In this document: positions 1 to 10,202 of the stretch, one piece after another
Layout of the letters: each line of letters opens with the position of its first letter
Numbering within the stretch: position 1 is the stretch's first letter
Assembly: GCA_038260095.1 (NCBI GenBank)
Contig: JBBSOC010000005.1
Span: 812-64,811, forward strand
Direction: 5' to 3'
Length of the DNA stretch: 64,000 nt
Source of the DNA: Mycobacteriales bacterium
Lineage (GTDB): Bacteria > Actinomycetota > Actinomycetes > Mycobacteriales > QHCE01
Program-made: the position numbers and the translations under genes
The notes under the pieces: model-generated
Told to the model about the DNA's origin: nothing
What the model saw: only the letters and a program-made list of their open reading frames with translations
The model's database searches: none

Positions 1-14
1 TGGGAGACCCGACG

Positions 15-1361
15 GTGAAAGCCGCAAGCCTGCAAGAAATCTCTGAGGCCACGTCACCCGGACGTGATCGCTACATTGATCTGCTGCGCGTGGTGGCCAT
101 TGGCTCGGTGGTGGCAGGACATTGGCTGATGGCGGTCGTGCAGCCTACCGACGATGGCGGCGCGACGACGACGAACGCGCTCGAGCAGCTCAAAGGCGCA
201 CAGGTGCTCACGTGGCTGCTGCAGGTGATGCCGTTGTTTTTCTTCGTGGGTGGGTTCGTGCACGCTACAGGGGTGCGGTCGCTCCGGCTTCGCGGTGGCG
301 GCTACGGCGACTTCGTGCGTGCTCGCGCCAACCGTCTACTTCGCCCTACGCTGCTTTTTCTGCTGATTTGGCTAGCTATTGCGGTGGTGTTTCAACTTAC
401 TGGCCGCCAAGGCCAGCTGGAAGCGCTGGTCACCGATACCGCTGTGCAGCCGCTGTGGTTCATCGGCGTGTACTTGGCGTTGATTGCGCTGGCGCCCCCA
501 ATGTTCGTCCTGCATGAGCGTTGGGGATCGACTGTGACCATGGTGTTGATAATGGCCGCCGTGGTGGTAGATGTGTCCCGCTTCCAGTTTGACCTTGCGG
601 GTCTGGCTCCGCTGAACGTGATCTTCATCTGGCTCGCGGTACATCAGCTGGGCTTTAGCTACGCCGATGGTGCACTGGGGCGCCGCGTCGGCGCAATCTT
701 CGCGGTAGGCGGTCTCACCGCGCTCACCATGCTTACTGTGGTGAGCGGCTGGTACCCCATCTCCATGGTGGGGCTGCCGGGGGATCGATTTTCCAACATG
801 AACCCGCCAACGTTAGCGATCCTGACGCAGGCGCTCTGGCTCATCGGTCTGGCGCTGCTGTTAAAAACTCCGATTTCACGATGGCTAAGTCGACCGAAGG
901 TGTGGCGGTATGTAGTAGGCGCCAACGCTGTGGTGATGACGACATTCCTGTGGCACCTCTCGGCGCTGTTCATTGCCTACCTTGTGCTTATTGGTTTCAA
1001 TGTCTCACTTCCGGCTGTGGGTAGTGCCACATGGTGGGTATCACGACTGCCATGGTTGGTGCTGCTGGCCGCGTTATGCGCGGTATTGGTTTGGGTTTTT
1101 CGGGCTGCCGAGCGGCCGAGTCCAGGCGCGGCTCATGGCGGGGGAGCCCTTCTGCCCGCGATCGGAATAACCGTAGCCGCTATCGGGGTGCTTGGGGTTG
1201 CCCTCAACGGTTTGAACAACGTGCTGAATGCAGAAGCTGAGCTCCGCATTTTGGTGCCGGTAAGTGCGGCATCAGGTCTGGTTTTCGTCGCGGCGGGCTG
1301 GTTACTGCTGCGGTATTCTGGTCGTCGTGCCGCAGCTAGCCAGTTGGGCGTGAATTGCTAA
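15..1361 (+). CDS. acyltransferase family 3 integral membrane protein
   Basis: 448-aa ORF with a multi-helix hydrophobic profile. N-terminal RDRYIDLLRVVAIGSVVAGHW resembles the conserved start of acyltransferase_3 (OafA/YrhL-like) enzymes. GTG start near the window edge is unverified. Confidence 0.65.
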   Translation: MKAASLQEISEATSPGRDRYIDLLRVVAIGSVVAGHWLMAVVQPTDDGGATTTNALEQLKGAQVLTWLLQVMPLFFFVGGFVHATGVRSLRLRGGGYGDFVRARANRLLRPTLLFLLIWLAIAVVFQLTGRQGQLEALVTDTAVQPLWFIGVYLALIALAPPMFVLHERWGSTVTMVLIMAAVVVDVSRFQFDLAGLAPLNVIFIWLAVHQLGFSYADGALGRRVGAIFAVGGLTALTMLTVVSGWYPISMVGLPGDRFSNMNPPTLAILTQALWLIGLALLLKTPISRWLSRPKVWRYVVGANAVVMTTFLWHLSALFIAYLVLIGFNVSLPAVGSATWWVSRLPWLVLLAALCAVLVWVFRAAERPSPGAAHGGGALLPAIGITVAAIGVLGVALNGLNNVLNAEAELRILVPVSAASGLVFVAAGWLLLRYSGRRAAASQLGVNC

Positions 1362-1443
1362 CAGCTGACCCGACTACTGGCCTGAGTCAGCGCCGTCTCC
1401 AGCACCGCCTTGGTCAGCAGACCCCAGTCAAGATGTCTAGACG

Positions 1444-1710
1444 TCAGTGATTCTTGTAGATCCGGCTGCGGTGGTCGACGTCGATGACTTCTACGGTGAG
1501 CACGTTGTCCAAGATGTGGTAAACCACTCGGTAATCTTTGGCCACTCGGATACGCCAAAGGTTCTCTTCGCCCTTGAGCTTCTTCACTCCAGAGGGCCGC
1601 TGCTCATCGGCCAGGCCAGCAACAGCCTGCAGGATCCGGGTACGGATCGGTTTGTCAAGTTTTCCTAAGTGCTTAACGGCTGTTTCGGTCCACCCGATGT
1701 TATAGCTCAC
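1444..1710 (-). CDS. type II toxin, RelE/ParE family
   Basis: 88 aa. The segment WRIRVAKDYRVVYHILDNVLTVEVIDVDHRSRIY is typical of the RelE/ParE fold. It overlaps the upstream antitoxin ORF by 4 nt. Confidence 0.85.
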   Translation of the reverse strand: MSYNIGWTETAVKHLGKLDKPIRTRILQAVAGLADEQRPSGVKKLKGEENLWRIRVAKDYRVVYHILDNVLTVEVIDVDHRSRIYKNH

Positions 1711-2009
1711 TGGGCGGGAGTGTCTTCGAGGTCAGCGGCGAATAGGGCTAAAACTTCCTCATGGGGCATTACGCCGATCTCCCCCGATGCGCGACCGGCC
1801 ATAATAGCCCGCGCAGTTTCCACATCCTGGGCGTCTTCGAGAGCTTCTAAAGCGGCCTCGGCGAGCTCGGCCGGCATGACTGCAACCGAGCGTTGATCGC
1901 GCCGGTTTAGGTAAATAACCTGACCGTTTTCGGCCTCGTCAACAGCGCGGCCGACTGAGGCCACAATGTCAAATGCGGCGGAGTCGTAGTTATGTGCAAG
2001 CTGAGCCAT
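1707..2009 (-). CDS. type II antitoxin partner of RelE/ParE toxin
   Basis: Lies directly upstream of, and overlaps, the toxin. It is a paralogue of the antitoxin at 37184-37480, sharing LPAxLAExALEALEDAxD. Start chosen at the MAQ ATG (2009) to match the paralogue length. The alternative ATG at 2039 has a better GGAG site. Confidence 0.65.
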   Translation of the reverse strand: MAQLAHNYDSAAFDIVASVGRAVDEAENGQVIYLNRRDQRSVAVMPAELAEAALEALEDAQDVETARAIMAGRASGEIGVMPHEEVLALFAADLEDTPAQ

Positions 2010-2263
2010 GCCACCAGCATAAACCAAAACAGCCCGCATCAGCTCATCTCCGCATTGTTTGCTGTTCAGGGCGGTTTTTGCGTACTCAGAGATCGCTAGA
2101 CGCTTCGCTCGGCATTGCGCTAGATGCCGTGTGTGACTGCCAAATATCCAAATCCCACATGGTTGTCTATCCAAATCCCACATTTTTTACAAAAGCTAGC
2201 AGCTGAGTTGGGTGAGTGCTCGCATTAAGGCGATGCTCCTAGAAGGCGCTCCGCGGAGCCGTG

Positions 2264-3952
2264 TCATGTGCAGATCGGTTGAAAGCTCCAGCCTTGCGCG
2301 GACAACTTCGCCAGCGCTATGTCGAGCGCTTTTACTGTGTTGTCGCGGTTACCGCCGCCGTCGTGCATCAAAATGATGTTGCCGGTCTCGGCACCGTCGA
2401 TCACCGCTTGTGCGATCTGCTCGGGTGGTCCCTGGCGCCAATCTTTGGTGTCAACGTCCCAGAGCACCACGGTCAAGCCCTTGTCGGCAGCGCGGGCCCG
2501 CACTTGTGCATCCACGGCTCCATATGGCGGCCTTAGGCAGTTGGCCTGGTGCGGACCGATGGCTTGCGCTGCCTGGTCAATTTCGGCATCGAAGGCTTGC
2601 TGGCTAATATTTGTCAGCCGAGAGTGGCTGTAGCTGTGGTTGGCGACGGTATGTCCGGCTTGGAGCTCTCGCTCAATCCATTCCGGGTGCGCCACGACGT
2701 TTTTCCCTACTACGAAGAACGTCGCCTTTGCGTCGTACTTCGCGAGCACCTCAAGGATCTGACCTGTGAAGCGCGGATTGGGCCCATCGTCAAATGTCAG
2801 ATGTAGTATTTTGCCGCTCGTGACTCGTCCGGGCAGCTTGCTGGCCGAGGGCGATGAGGGAGGTGCGGTCACGCTCACAGTGAGGGTGTAGCTGATCGGA
2901 TCGGCCGTGGCACTGGAGACTTCGAGCTGATAGTTCTGGGTGCTAGGCACCGGGCTGCTGTAGTTCGACGCGCTTCTACCAGCATTTTGCAGCACAGTGC
3001 CGTCCGCTCCGTTTACACTCAGCCGTAGCTGCTGTGAGCTTGATGGCGAGCTCGATGTGGTGTCGATCCGCAGCTGATATCCCTTCCGCACGGAGATGGC
3101 GTAGCGCTGTTTTCCGCCGTATGCCACGAGACCGCGCATGCGTGTTTCTCCAGTGTCATCTGGCTGCTGATCCTTTGTACCCCGAGCGCTAAGTGTCAGC
3201 ACGGTCGGTGCCGCTACCTGATACGTGGAACGCGCATGAGTCGGCACATCCTCTAGTGGAACGAGCGCGTTTCCGACCAGTGTTGCGGTAAGCCGGCGGG
3301 GCTGCATCTGCTCGGCGTGTTCGTTATCAGGTCGCTCGTAGCCAACGATGATCTGCGCTGGGCTTACCCGCAGTTGAGATCCGCCCCGCAGTTTAGATCT
3401 ACGCAGGAGCTCCGCCGGTTTGACCCTGATGGACTTTAACTGCGCACCAGCACCGAGCGGCAGGGCGTTGCTGGCCACAGGTGTGCTCTGCCAGTTGTGG
3501 GATGCATTCTGGGATGCATTGTGAGATGTGCTGTGAAGCACAACGACGCTGAGGAAGCGCAGTGCCGCGCTGGCTGAGTCCAGGCTCAGGCTGGTCTGCA
3601 CAAGCGCTGCTATGTCTGGCACCGCATCGCCGTTGGTATCACTCATGGCGATGGGATGCAGTAGTTCTACGTGTGTGTGCAGTCCGCTCCGGGTTTGGGT
3701 ATAGCTGCCATGGCGCAGCGTTGCTCGCGACGGTGTCGGGATTCCGGTGGGAACAGTGATCGCGGCAAAGTCATTAGTCGCACCTGCGCTATGGGCAGTG
3801 CCGCAACCGGTGAGCATGAACAGCACGGCCAGCATGGACAGCACCGCCAGTAGGCTCAGCACGACTACTGCGCCTATGAGCCCGTGACCATTACTACTGC
3901 AGCGGGCTATGGCTCTGGTGGCCCTGGCGGCCCTCAGCTTTTTGACGGCCAT
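2264..3952 (-). CDS. lipoprotein with C-terminal NodB-type polysaccharide deacetylase (CE4) domain
   Basis: C-terminal motifs TFDDGP, NHSYSH, RPPYG, DVDTKDW and ILMHD match the NodB homology domain. The N-terminus has a hydrophobic segment followed by the lipobox-like LTGCG. About 390 aa of unassigned N-terminal region. Start taken at the internal ATG (MAVKKLRAA); the ORF is open to 4000. Confidence 0.85.
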   Translation of the reverse strand: MAVKKLRAARATRAIARCSSNGHGLIGAVVVLSLLAVLSMLAVLFMLTGCGTAHSAGATNDFAAITVPTGIPTPSRATLRHGSYTQTRSGLHTHVELLHPIAMSDTNGDAVPDIAALVQTSLSLDSASAALRFLSVVVLHSTSHNASQNASHNWQSTPVASNALPLGAGAQLKSIRVKPAELLRRSKLRGGSQLRVSPAQIIVGYERPDNEHAEQMQPRRLTATLVGNALVPLEDVPTHARSTYQVAAPTVLTLSARGTKDQQPDDTGETRMRGLVAYGGKQRYAISVRKGYQLRIDTTSSSPSSSQQLRLSVNGADGTVLQNAGRSASNYSSPVPSTQNYQLEVSSATADPISYTLTVSVTAPPSSPSASKLPGRVTSGKILHLTFDDGPNPRFTGQILEVLAKYDAKATFFVVGKNVVAHPEWIERELQAGHTVANHSYSHSRLTNISQQAFDAEIDQAAQAIGPHQANCLRPPYGAVDAQVRARAADKGLTVVLWDVDTKDWRQGPPEQIAQAVIDGAETGNIILMHDGGGNRDNTVKALDIALAKLSAQGWSFQPICT

Positions 3953-4127
3953 GCGCAAGCCGCCTTCCTTACCTAATGGCACTCCGTCTGCATCTGGCAT
4001 TTCAGATAGCGGTATACGCGCAAACCATTACAGGTGGTCACGATTCAGTGATGCTGTGCTCAATCCCGCTTTTCCTTACCCTAGAGGGCTTGGTGAGATC
4101 TGGTGCGTGAAGTGACAGACTAGGCGT

Positions 4128-5105
4128 ATGCAGCATTCTAAAAACTCGCAACAGACTTACCCCGATGCCGGCTTTCGCGCGGTTCCGGCATCGAAGGCAT
4201 CGTGGGCGCGAGCGCTTGACCTGTCATCGTTGGCCAAGCCCACCTCGCAGCCAGCCACAGGTATGCAGTCGGAGTTTGTACTCACCGTCACTGAGCAGTC
4301 ATTCGAGACCGATGTCGTTGAGGCCTCACAACGAGTCCCGATTGTGCTGGATTTTTGGGCGCAGTGGTGCGAGCCTTGCAAACAGCTCAGCCCAGTATTG
4401 GAACGGCAAGCGGTGCTTGCGCAAGGAGCTTGGCTGCTGGCCAAAATCGACATTGAGGCCAGCCCGGGTCTGGCACGTGCATTTAGGATTTCCAGCGTGC
4501 CTATGGTGATGGCGATTGCTGCGGCACAGCCGATAGACGGCTTCTCTGGAGTCCTCGATGAGCCCCAGCTGCGTAGCTGGCTCACCGCTGTGCTGGAGGC
4601 CGCGGCACAGTTAGGAGTCCGGGGCGCAGGCAGTCAACTCGCTGAGTCCACAGCGGGACCGTCCGTGGACGAACGGTTTAGCACAGCTACCGCACGCGTC
4701 CAATCTGGAGACCTAGATGGTGCTGAGGAGTTGTTCCACCAGATCTTGGCGTCATCACCTGCCGAGGAGGTTGCATTGGCAGGGTTGGCGCAGGTCAAGC
4801 TGCTGCGTCGACTACAAGGAGTAGATGCCGAGACGGTGTTGGCCACTGCAGGGGCGCCTGAGGCGCTTACCTCCGCCGCTATCAGTGCCGAGGTGATACA
4901 GCAGCAGTGTCAGGCCGCGGACGTAGAGTTCGCACGGAATCAGATCGAGGTGGCGTTCGCGCGGCTGGTCACTGTAGTTCGGTACACGAGCGGCGATCTT
5001 CGGAATTTTGCTCGCAACCGGCTGCTAGAGCTGCTATCCATGGTGCCAGGGGATGATCCGGCGGTACGCGTGGCTCGCCGCAATCTGTCCAACGCGTTGT
5101 TCTAA
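4128..5105 (+). CDS. thioredoxin-domain protein with TPR-like C-terminal domain (YbbN-like co-chaperone)
   Basis: Thioredoxin motif FWAQWCEPCKQL (CxxC present) followed by a roughly 180-aa helical Ala/Leu-rich domain. This matches the YbbN/CnoX-type architecture. Confidence 0.75.
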   Translation: MQHSKNSQQTYPDAGFRAVPASKASWARALDLSSLAKPTSQPATGMQSEFVLTVTEQSFETDVVEASQRVPIVLDFWAQWCEPCKQLSPVLERQAVLAQGAWLLAKIDIEASPGLARAFRISSVPMVMAIAAAQPIDGFSGVLDEPQLRSWLTAVLEAAAQLGVRGAGSQLAESTAGPSVDERFSTATARVQSGDLDGAEELFHQILASSPAEEVALAGLAQVKLLRRLQGVDAETVLATAGAPEALTSAAISAEVIQQQCQAADVEFARNQIEVAFARLVTVVRYTSGDLRNFARNRLLELLSMVPGDDPAVRVARRNLSNALF

Positions 5106-5144
5106 CTCGGTCGGGGCACCTTGAGGAAGAGAGACTTCTTGCTG

Positions 5145-8100
5145 ATGAATACGTCGTCTTCTACGGTGGATATGCCTGACGTGCAACAGCTGTCCGACGA
5201 ACTCCTCAGTGCGGTAGACAGCGTGTACTGGCGCCTAGTGCCTGACTGGGAGCTCTCCGGTCGCAGCGGAAACGAACTCTCGGCAGCGGTGCGGTCTCAT
5301 GCCGAGTTCGCGGCGCGGCGCATGCCAGGGCAGCTGCTGCTGCGTGTGCTTGCCGATGTCCCCGGCACAGCTGCGCGCAGTCACGACGACGATGACGCTG
5401 ACTCTGTCAGGCGCAGCGCGATAGAGATCGTCTGCGATGACATGCCATTCCTAGTGGATTCGGTGAGCTCCGAGCTGGTCCACATTGGCGCGGGGATTAG
5501 GTTGTTCATTCACCCCCAGATCGTGGTTGACCGCGACGCACTTGGCGTACTCACCGCCGTGCACGACGACGTTGAACTTGATGACGTTAGTCATGACCAG
5601 CTGGTGGAGTCGTGGATGCACGTGGAAATTGACCACCAAACTGATCCCACCGCGCTCAGCGAGCTGCAAGAAAACCTTCGTCGAGTACTTACCGATGTGG
5701 CCGAGGCTGTCGAAGACTGGCCCAAGATGCGCACTATCGCGCTGTCACTGGCAGACGAGCTGATGCAAGCCGACCTTCCGGTGCCCAGCAAGGACATGTT
5801 CGACGCACGAGCGTTGCTGCAGTGGCTCGCCGAGGGGCACTTTACGTTTTTGGGCTACCGGGAGTACAGCATCAAATACGCAGAGACGGGCAGCTATCTG
5901 CACGCGATACCCGGTACTGGCCTGGGCATTTTGCGCAGTGATAACTCCACGGTACGGAATCTGTCAGAATTGTCGCCGCAAGTGTATCGGCAGCTGATGG
6001 AGCACCGGCTGCTGATCATCACGAAAGCGAATGCTCGTGCGACCGTGCACCGCCCGTCGTACATGGATTACATCAGCATCAAAACGTTCGATACCGCTGG
6101 TGTGGTGGTGGGCGAGCGACGATTTCTTGGCCTATTTTCGGCGGCCGCCTACTCCGAGAGTGTGCGACGGCTTCCAGTAATTTCTCGTAAGGTTGAAGAA
6201 GTTATCGCCAGCGCTGGCCTAAGCTTACGCAGTCACTCCGGCAAGGAGCTGCTACAGATACTTGAGGCATATCCACGCGACGAGCTGTTTCAAATGAGCA
6301 CCGACGAGCTACGGCAGACTGTGCTTACCGTGCTACGGCTTACCGGACGGCGCGAACTTCGGTTGTTTATTCGTAAGGATGCCTACGGCCGTTTCATTTC
6401 TTGTTCGGTGTATCTACCGCGCGACCGCTACACAACCCGTACTCGGCTGCGTATGCAAGAGCTTCTGACAAAAGCGCTCAATGGCGTGGGTGTCGACTAC
6501 TCGGCGCGGGTCAGCGAGGGGCAGCTTGCGCGGGTGCGCTTCGTGGTCCGTACTGATCCAGCGTCTCCAGTCGGAGAGATCGACACCCCTGCTTTGCAAG
6601 CGCAGCTGTCAGACATCACCAGGCTATGGGAAGAGGAATTTAGCGCCGCGTTGACCACTGAGTTCGGCGGTCGCCAGGCGAGGCATCTACAGGAACGCTA
6701 CGAGGCCGCATTCGGCGATGGTTACACATCTGAGCGCAGTGCGCAGATGGCGGTATCTGATGTGGCTCGACTGGAGACGCTAGAAGAAGACGATCAAATC
6801 GCTGTGCATATTGAGCGGTCAAGCTCGAGCCAGATCAGTCGGCCGGAGGCTGCCGGGGGGGCGGAAACGCTGCGATTCGTGGTGTATCGCCGCGGAGAGC
6901 CCATGTCGCTATCCGCGGTGCTACCGGTGCTGCAGTCTTTGGGTGTCACGGTGATCGATGAGCGGCCCTACCGGGTGAATTCCAACGATGGCGCACCGTT
7001 GTGGATCTATGATTTTGGTTTGTTGTTGCCGAGCGATGTGCACGTCGATGAAATTCAGCTCCCACCTCAGGTGCGTCGAGCTATGGAGAACGCATTTGTA
7101 GCGTGTTGGCGTGATGTTTGTGAGGTTGACGGTTTCAATGAATTGGTGCTACGGGCTGGGCTCCGATGGGACCAGATCATGGTGCTGCGCGGCTATGCGA
7201 AATATCTGCGCCAGATCGGGACGGTGTATAGCGAAGAGTATTTACAACGAACCCTAGTGCAGTATCCGCATGTCGCCACGTTGCTGCTTGCACTATTTGA
7301 GGTGAGCTTCAATCCGGCCTGTGGCAGCCTTGATGCGCGATCGGACGTGGTCCGGCAAGAACTAATACAGCACACTCGTGAACAGCTCAACGTGGCGTTG
7401 GAAGAGGTCATCAGCCTTGATTCCGATCGGATATTACGTTCGTTCTTGACATTGATCACAGCGACCCGGCGTACTAATTTTTTCCAGCGGGGTAAAGACA
7501 CTCCGCGCAAGCCGTACTTAGCATTCAAGCTGGACCCAGCGGCGATTGCAGGCTTACCACAGCCGCGCCCTAAGTTCGAAATCTTCGTGTACTCGCCTCG
7601 CCTTGAGGGTGTGCATTTGCGGTTTGGCAAGGTTGCTCGCGGAGGGTTGCGCTGGTCGGATCGGCGAGAGGACTTCCGGACCGAGATTCTGGGCTTAGTG
7701 AAGGCCCAGATGGCCAAGAATGCTGTCATCGTACCGGTGGGCTCCAAGGGTGGTTTCGTGCTGAAGCGGCCGCCGAAGACCACCGAGGGCGCAGCTGCCC
7801 TGCGAGCCGAAGGAGTGGCCTGTTACACCTGGTTTATTTGCGCCTTGCTCGATGTTACCGACAACCGGGTTGATGGGGTTATTGTGCCTCCGCCCGACGT
7901 TGTCTGTCACGACGACGCAGACTCCTACTTGGTGGTAGCGGCCGACAAGGGCACGGCGACGTTCTCCGATGTTGCCAATGGAGTGGCTGCGAGCTACGGC
8001 TTCTGGCTTGATGACGCGTTTGCCTCTGGTGGCTCTGCTGGCTACGACCACAAGGCGATGGGCATCACGGCTAGAGGCGCCTGGGAGTCGGTAAAGCAAC

Positions 8101-10061
8101 ACTTTCGGGGTATCGGAGTGGATACGCAGACCCAGGAGTTCACCGTGGTCGGTATCGGTGACATGTCCGGCGACGTGTTCGGTAATGGAATGCTGCTGTC
8201 CCGCCACATCCGGCTGCTAGCCGCGTTTGACCACCGGCATATTTTTGTGGATCCTGACCCTGATGCAACCACATCGTTTGCTGAGCGACAGCGACTATTC
8301 GATCTTCCTAGCTCTAGCTGGGCGAACTACGTACCTGAGCTGATCTCCTCCGGTGGCGGGGTCTTCTCGCGGGAGGTTAAGTCGATCCCGATCTCGGCGC
8401 AGATGCGTCGATCGCTGGGGATCGGGCTGAGCTCATCGGGTACGGAGATCACCGCACTTTCGCCGCCTGAGCTGATCCAGGCTATTTTACTGACGCCGGC
8501 GGACTTATTGTTCAACGGAGGTATCGGAACCTACGTAAAGGCAGCCGGTGAGCCGCATTCGGAAGCGGGTGATAAATCCAACGACGCAGTGCGGGTAAAC
8601 GGTGCTGAGCTCCGGGTGAAAGTTGTGGCCGAGGGTGGCAATCTCGGGCTCACACAGCGCGGACGTATCGAATTCGCGCAGCGCGGGGGCCGTATCTACA
8701 CAGATGCCATCGATAACGTCGCTGGGGTGAACACTTCCGACCATGAGGTGAACATCAAAATTCTGCTTAGCCAAGCCACGCAAGCGGGTGTGCTGCAGGT
8801 ATCCGAGCGCAATGACCTCCTGGCCTGCATGACCGATGAGATCGCGCAGCTGGTGCTGAGTGACAACTATCTGCAAGACCACTCGCTCGCGCTGTCCACA
8901 TACCTCTCTTCTCGGCTGATCAATGTGCACCGCCGCTTGATGAACTCTATGGAGCTTGTCAGTCGGCTAGACCGAGAGTTGGAATTTTTGCCGTCGGATG
9001 CCGAGTGTGCACGCCGCGAAGCCGAAGGTGTCGGGCTTACTTCACCAGAGTTGTCGGTGCTCATGGCTTACGTCAAGATTGGCGTGGCTGAGGATGTACT
9101 GCCGACATCACTGCCTGATGAGCCATGGTGCAACGACATTTTAGTGCGCTACTTTCCCACCCCGCTGCGCGAACGATTCGCCGAACAGATGGCTGGACAC
9201 CCGCTGCGACGCGAAATCGTCACAACTTTACTGGCGAACCAGGCGGTAAACCGCGGCGGAATTTCATTTGTATACCGTGCCGTGGAAGAGACCGGAGCTG
9301 AGCCGGCCGACGTACTGCGCGCCTATCATGTCGTCGCCACTGTGCTCGGCCTGCGTGAACTATGGGACGAGATGCACCAGCTAGACAACGTAATTTCCAC
9401 AAGCGCGCAACTTGCTGTGGTATCTCGGCTACGGCGAGTGCTCGATAGGGGCGTTCGCTGGCTGTTACAAAATCGAGCCGGCTCGATTGATGTTACGGCA
9501 GAGATCCACCGACTAGGCTCAGGTGTTGCCGAGCTGCTACCCGGTGCGACCGAGCTATTCGTGGGTTCAGAGGCGACGGTGATACACGGTTACGTCGAGG
9601 AGCTCATCGAACAAGGCGTGCCTGACAATATCGCGCGCCGTTGCATGGGGGCTCTGTGCGGATTCGGGCTACTTGACGTCGTGGAGCTGGCTACGCAGAC
9701 TAACGAACCAGTGCATTCAGTAGCGCAGGTGTACTTCGCCGCTAGCGAACGATTCGGGATGGATGCGCTGTTTGATCGCGTCACCCAGCTGCCGCGGCGG
9801 GATCGGTGGAGTGTACTGGCTCGTATGGCCATGCGTTATGACCTGTACGCGGTTTTGGCCGGGATAGTGCGCCAAGTGTTGGCCGGCACTGCCACGTCCT
9901 TACCGCCACAGGAGCGGCTACAGATTTGGTCTCAGCACAACCAGGTGCACATTGGTCGAGTGCAAAATACCATGGCCATGCTCGGGGATAGAACTCCGGC
10001 CGATCTGGCTACGCTTTCGGTGTTGCTGCGCCAGTTGCGTACTTTAATTCATAGTGACTAA
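5145..10061 (+). CDS. gdh: large NAD-specific glutamate dehydrogenase (Bac_GDH family, about 1640 aa)
   Basis: Length is characteristic of the 180-kDa NAD-GDH class. The catalytic-core segment RGGLRWSDRREDFRTEILGLVKAQMAKNAVIVPVGSKGGFV is characteristic of the family. The ORF is open from TTG 5121; ATG 5145 follows a GAGGAAGAGAG purine run. Confidence 0.93.
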   Translation: MNTSSSTVDMPDVQQLSDELLSAVDSVYWRLVPDWELSGRSGNELSAAVRSHAEFAARRMPGQLLLRVLADVPGTAARSHDDDDADSVRRSAIEIVCDDMPFLVDSVSSELVHIGAGIRLFIHPQIVVDRDALGVLTAVHDDVELDDVSHDQLVESWMHVEIDHQTDPTALSELQENLRRVLTDVAEAVEDWPKMRTIALSLADELMQADLPVPSKDMFDARALLQWLAEGHFTFLGYREYSIKYAETGSYLHAIPGTGLGILRSDNSTVRNLSELSPQVYRQLMEHRLLIITKANARATVHRPSYMDYISIKTFDTAGVVVGERRFLGLFSAAAYSESVRRLPVISRKVEEVIASAGLSLRSHSGKELLQILEAYPRDELFQMSTDELRQTVLTVLRLTGRRELRLFIRKDAYGRFISCSVYLPRDRYTTRTRLRMQELLTKALNGVGVDYSARVSEGQLARVRFVVRTDPASPVGEIDTPALQAQLSDITRLWEEEFSAALTTEFGGRQARHLQERYEAAFGDGYTSERSAQMAVSDVARLETLEEDDQIAVHIERSSSSQISRPEAAGGAETLRFVVYRRGEPMSLSAVLPVLQSLGVTVIDERPYRVNSNDGAPLWIYDFGLLLPSDVHVDEIQLPPQVRRAMENAFVACWRDVCEVDGFNELVLRAGLRWDQIMVLRGYAKYLRQIGTVYSEEYLQRTLVQYPHVATLLLALFEVSFNPACGSLDARSDVVRQELIQHTREQLNVALEEVISLDSDRILRSFLTLITATRRTNFFQRGKDTPRKPYLAFKLDPAAIAGLPQPRPKFEIFVYSPRLEGVHLRFGKVARGGLRWSDRREDFRTEILGLVKAQMAKNAVIVPVGSKGGFVLKRPPKTTEGAAALRAEGVACYTWFICALLDVTDNRVDGVIVPPPDVVCHDDADSYLVVAADKGTATFSDVANGVAASYGFWLDDAFASGGSAGYDHKAMGITARGAWESVKQHFRGIGVDTQTQEFTVVGIGDMSGDVFGNGMLLSRHIRLLAAFDHRHIFVDPDPDATTSFAERQRLFDLPSSSWANYVPELISSGGGVFSREVKSIPISAQMRRSLGIGLSSSGTEITALSPPELIQAILLTPADLLFNGGIGTYVKAAGEPHSEAGDKSNDAVRVNGAELRVKVVAEGGNLGLTQRGRIEFAQRGGRIYTDAIDNVAGVNTSDHEVNIKILLSQATQAGVLQVSERNDLLACMTDEIAQLVLSDNYLQDHSLALSTYLSSRLINVHRRLMNSMELVSRLDRELEFLPSDAECARREAEGVGLTSPELSVLMAYVKIGVAEDVLPTSLPDEPWCNDILVRYFPTPLRERFAEQMAGHPLRREIVTTLLANQAVNRGGISFVYRAVEETGAEPADVLRAYHVVATVLGLRELWDEMHQLDNVISTSAQLAVVSRLRRVLDRGVRWLLQNRAGSIDVTAEIHRLGSGVAELLPGATELFVGSEATVIHGYVEELIEQGVPDNIARRCMGALCGFGLLDVVELATQTNEPVHSVAQVYFAASERFGMDALFDRVTQLPRRDRWSVLARMAMRYDLYAVLAGIVRQVLAGTATSLPPQERLQIWSQHNQVHIGRVQNTMAMLGDRTPADLATLSVLLRQLRTLIHSD

Positions 10062-10202
10062 TGATCATGCACGCGATCGGAGCGTTGAAGTTTCCCACTA
10101 TGTGGGAGGTTTGGGGTATTCCTGCAATGGAATCGGTCACACCCTAGTGTAATCCCAGCTTAATCTATTGCCCTATTTGCTGAGCTGAGTATCGTTAATT
10201 AG

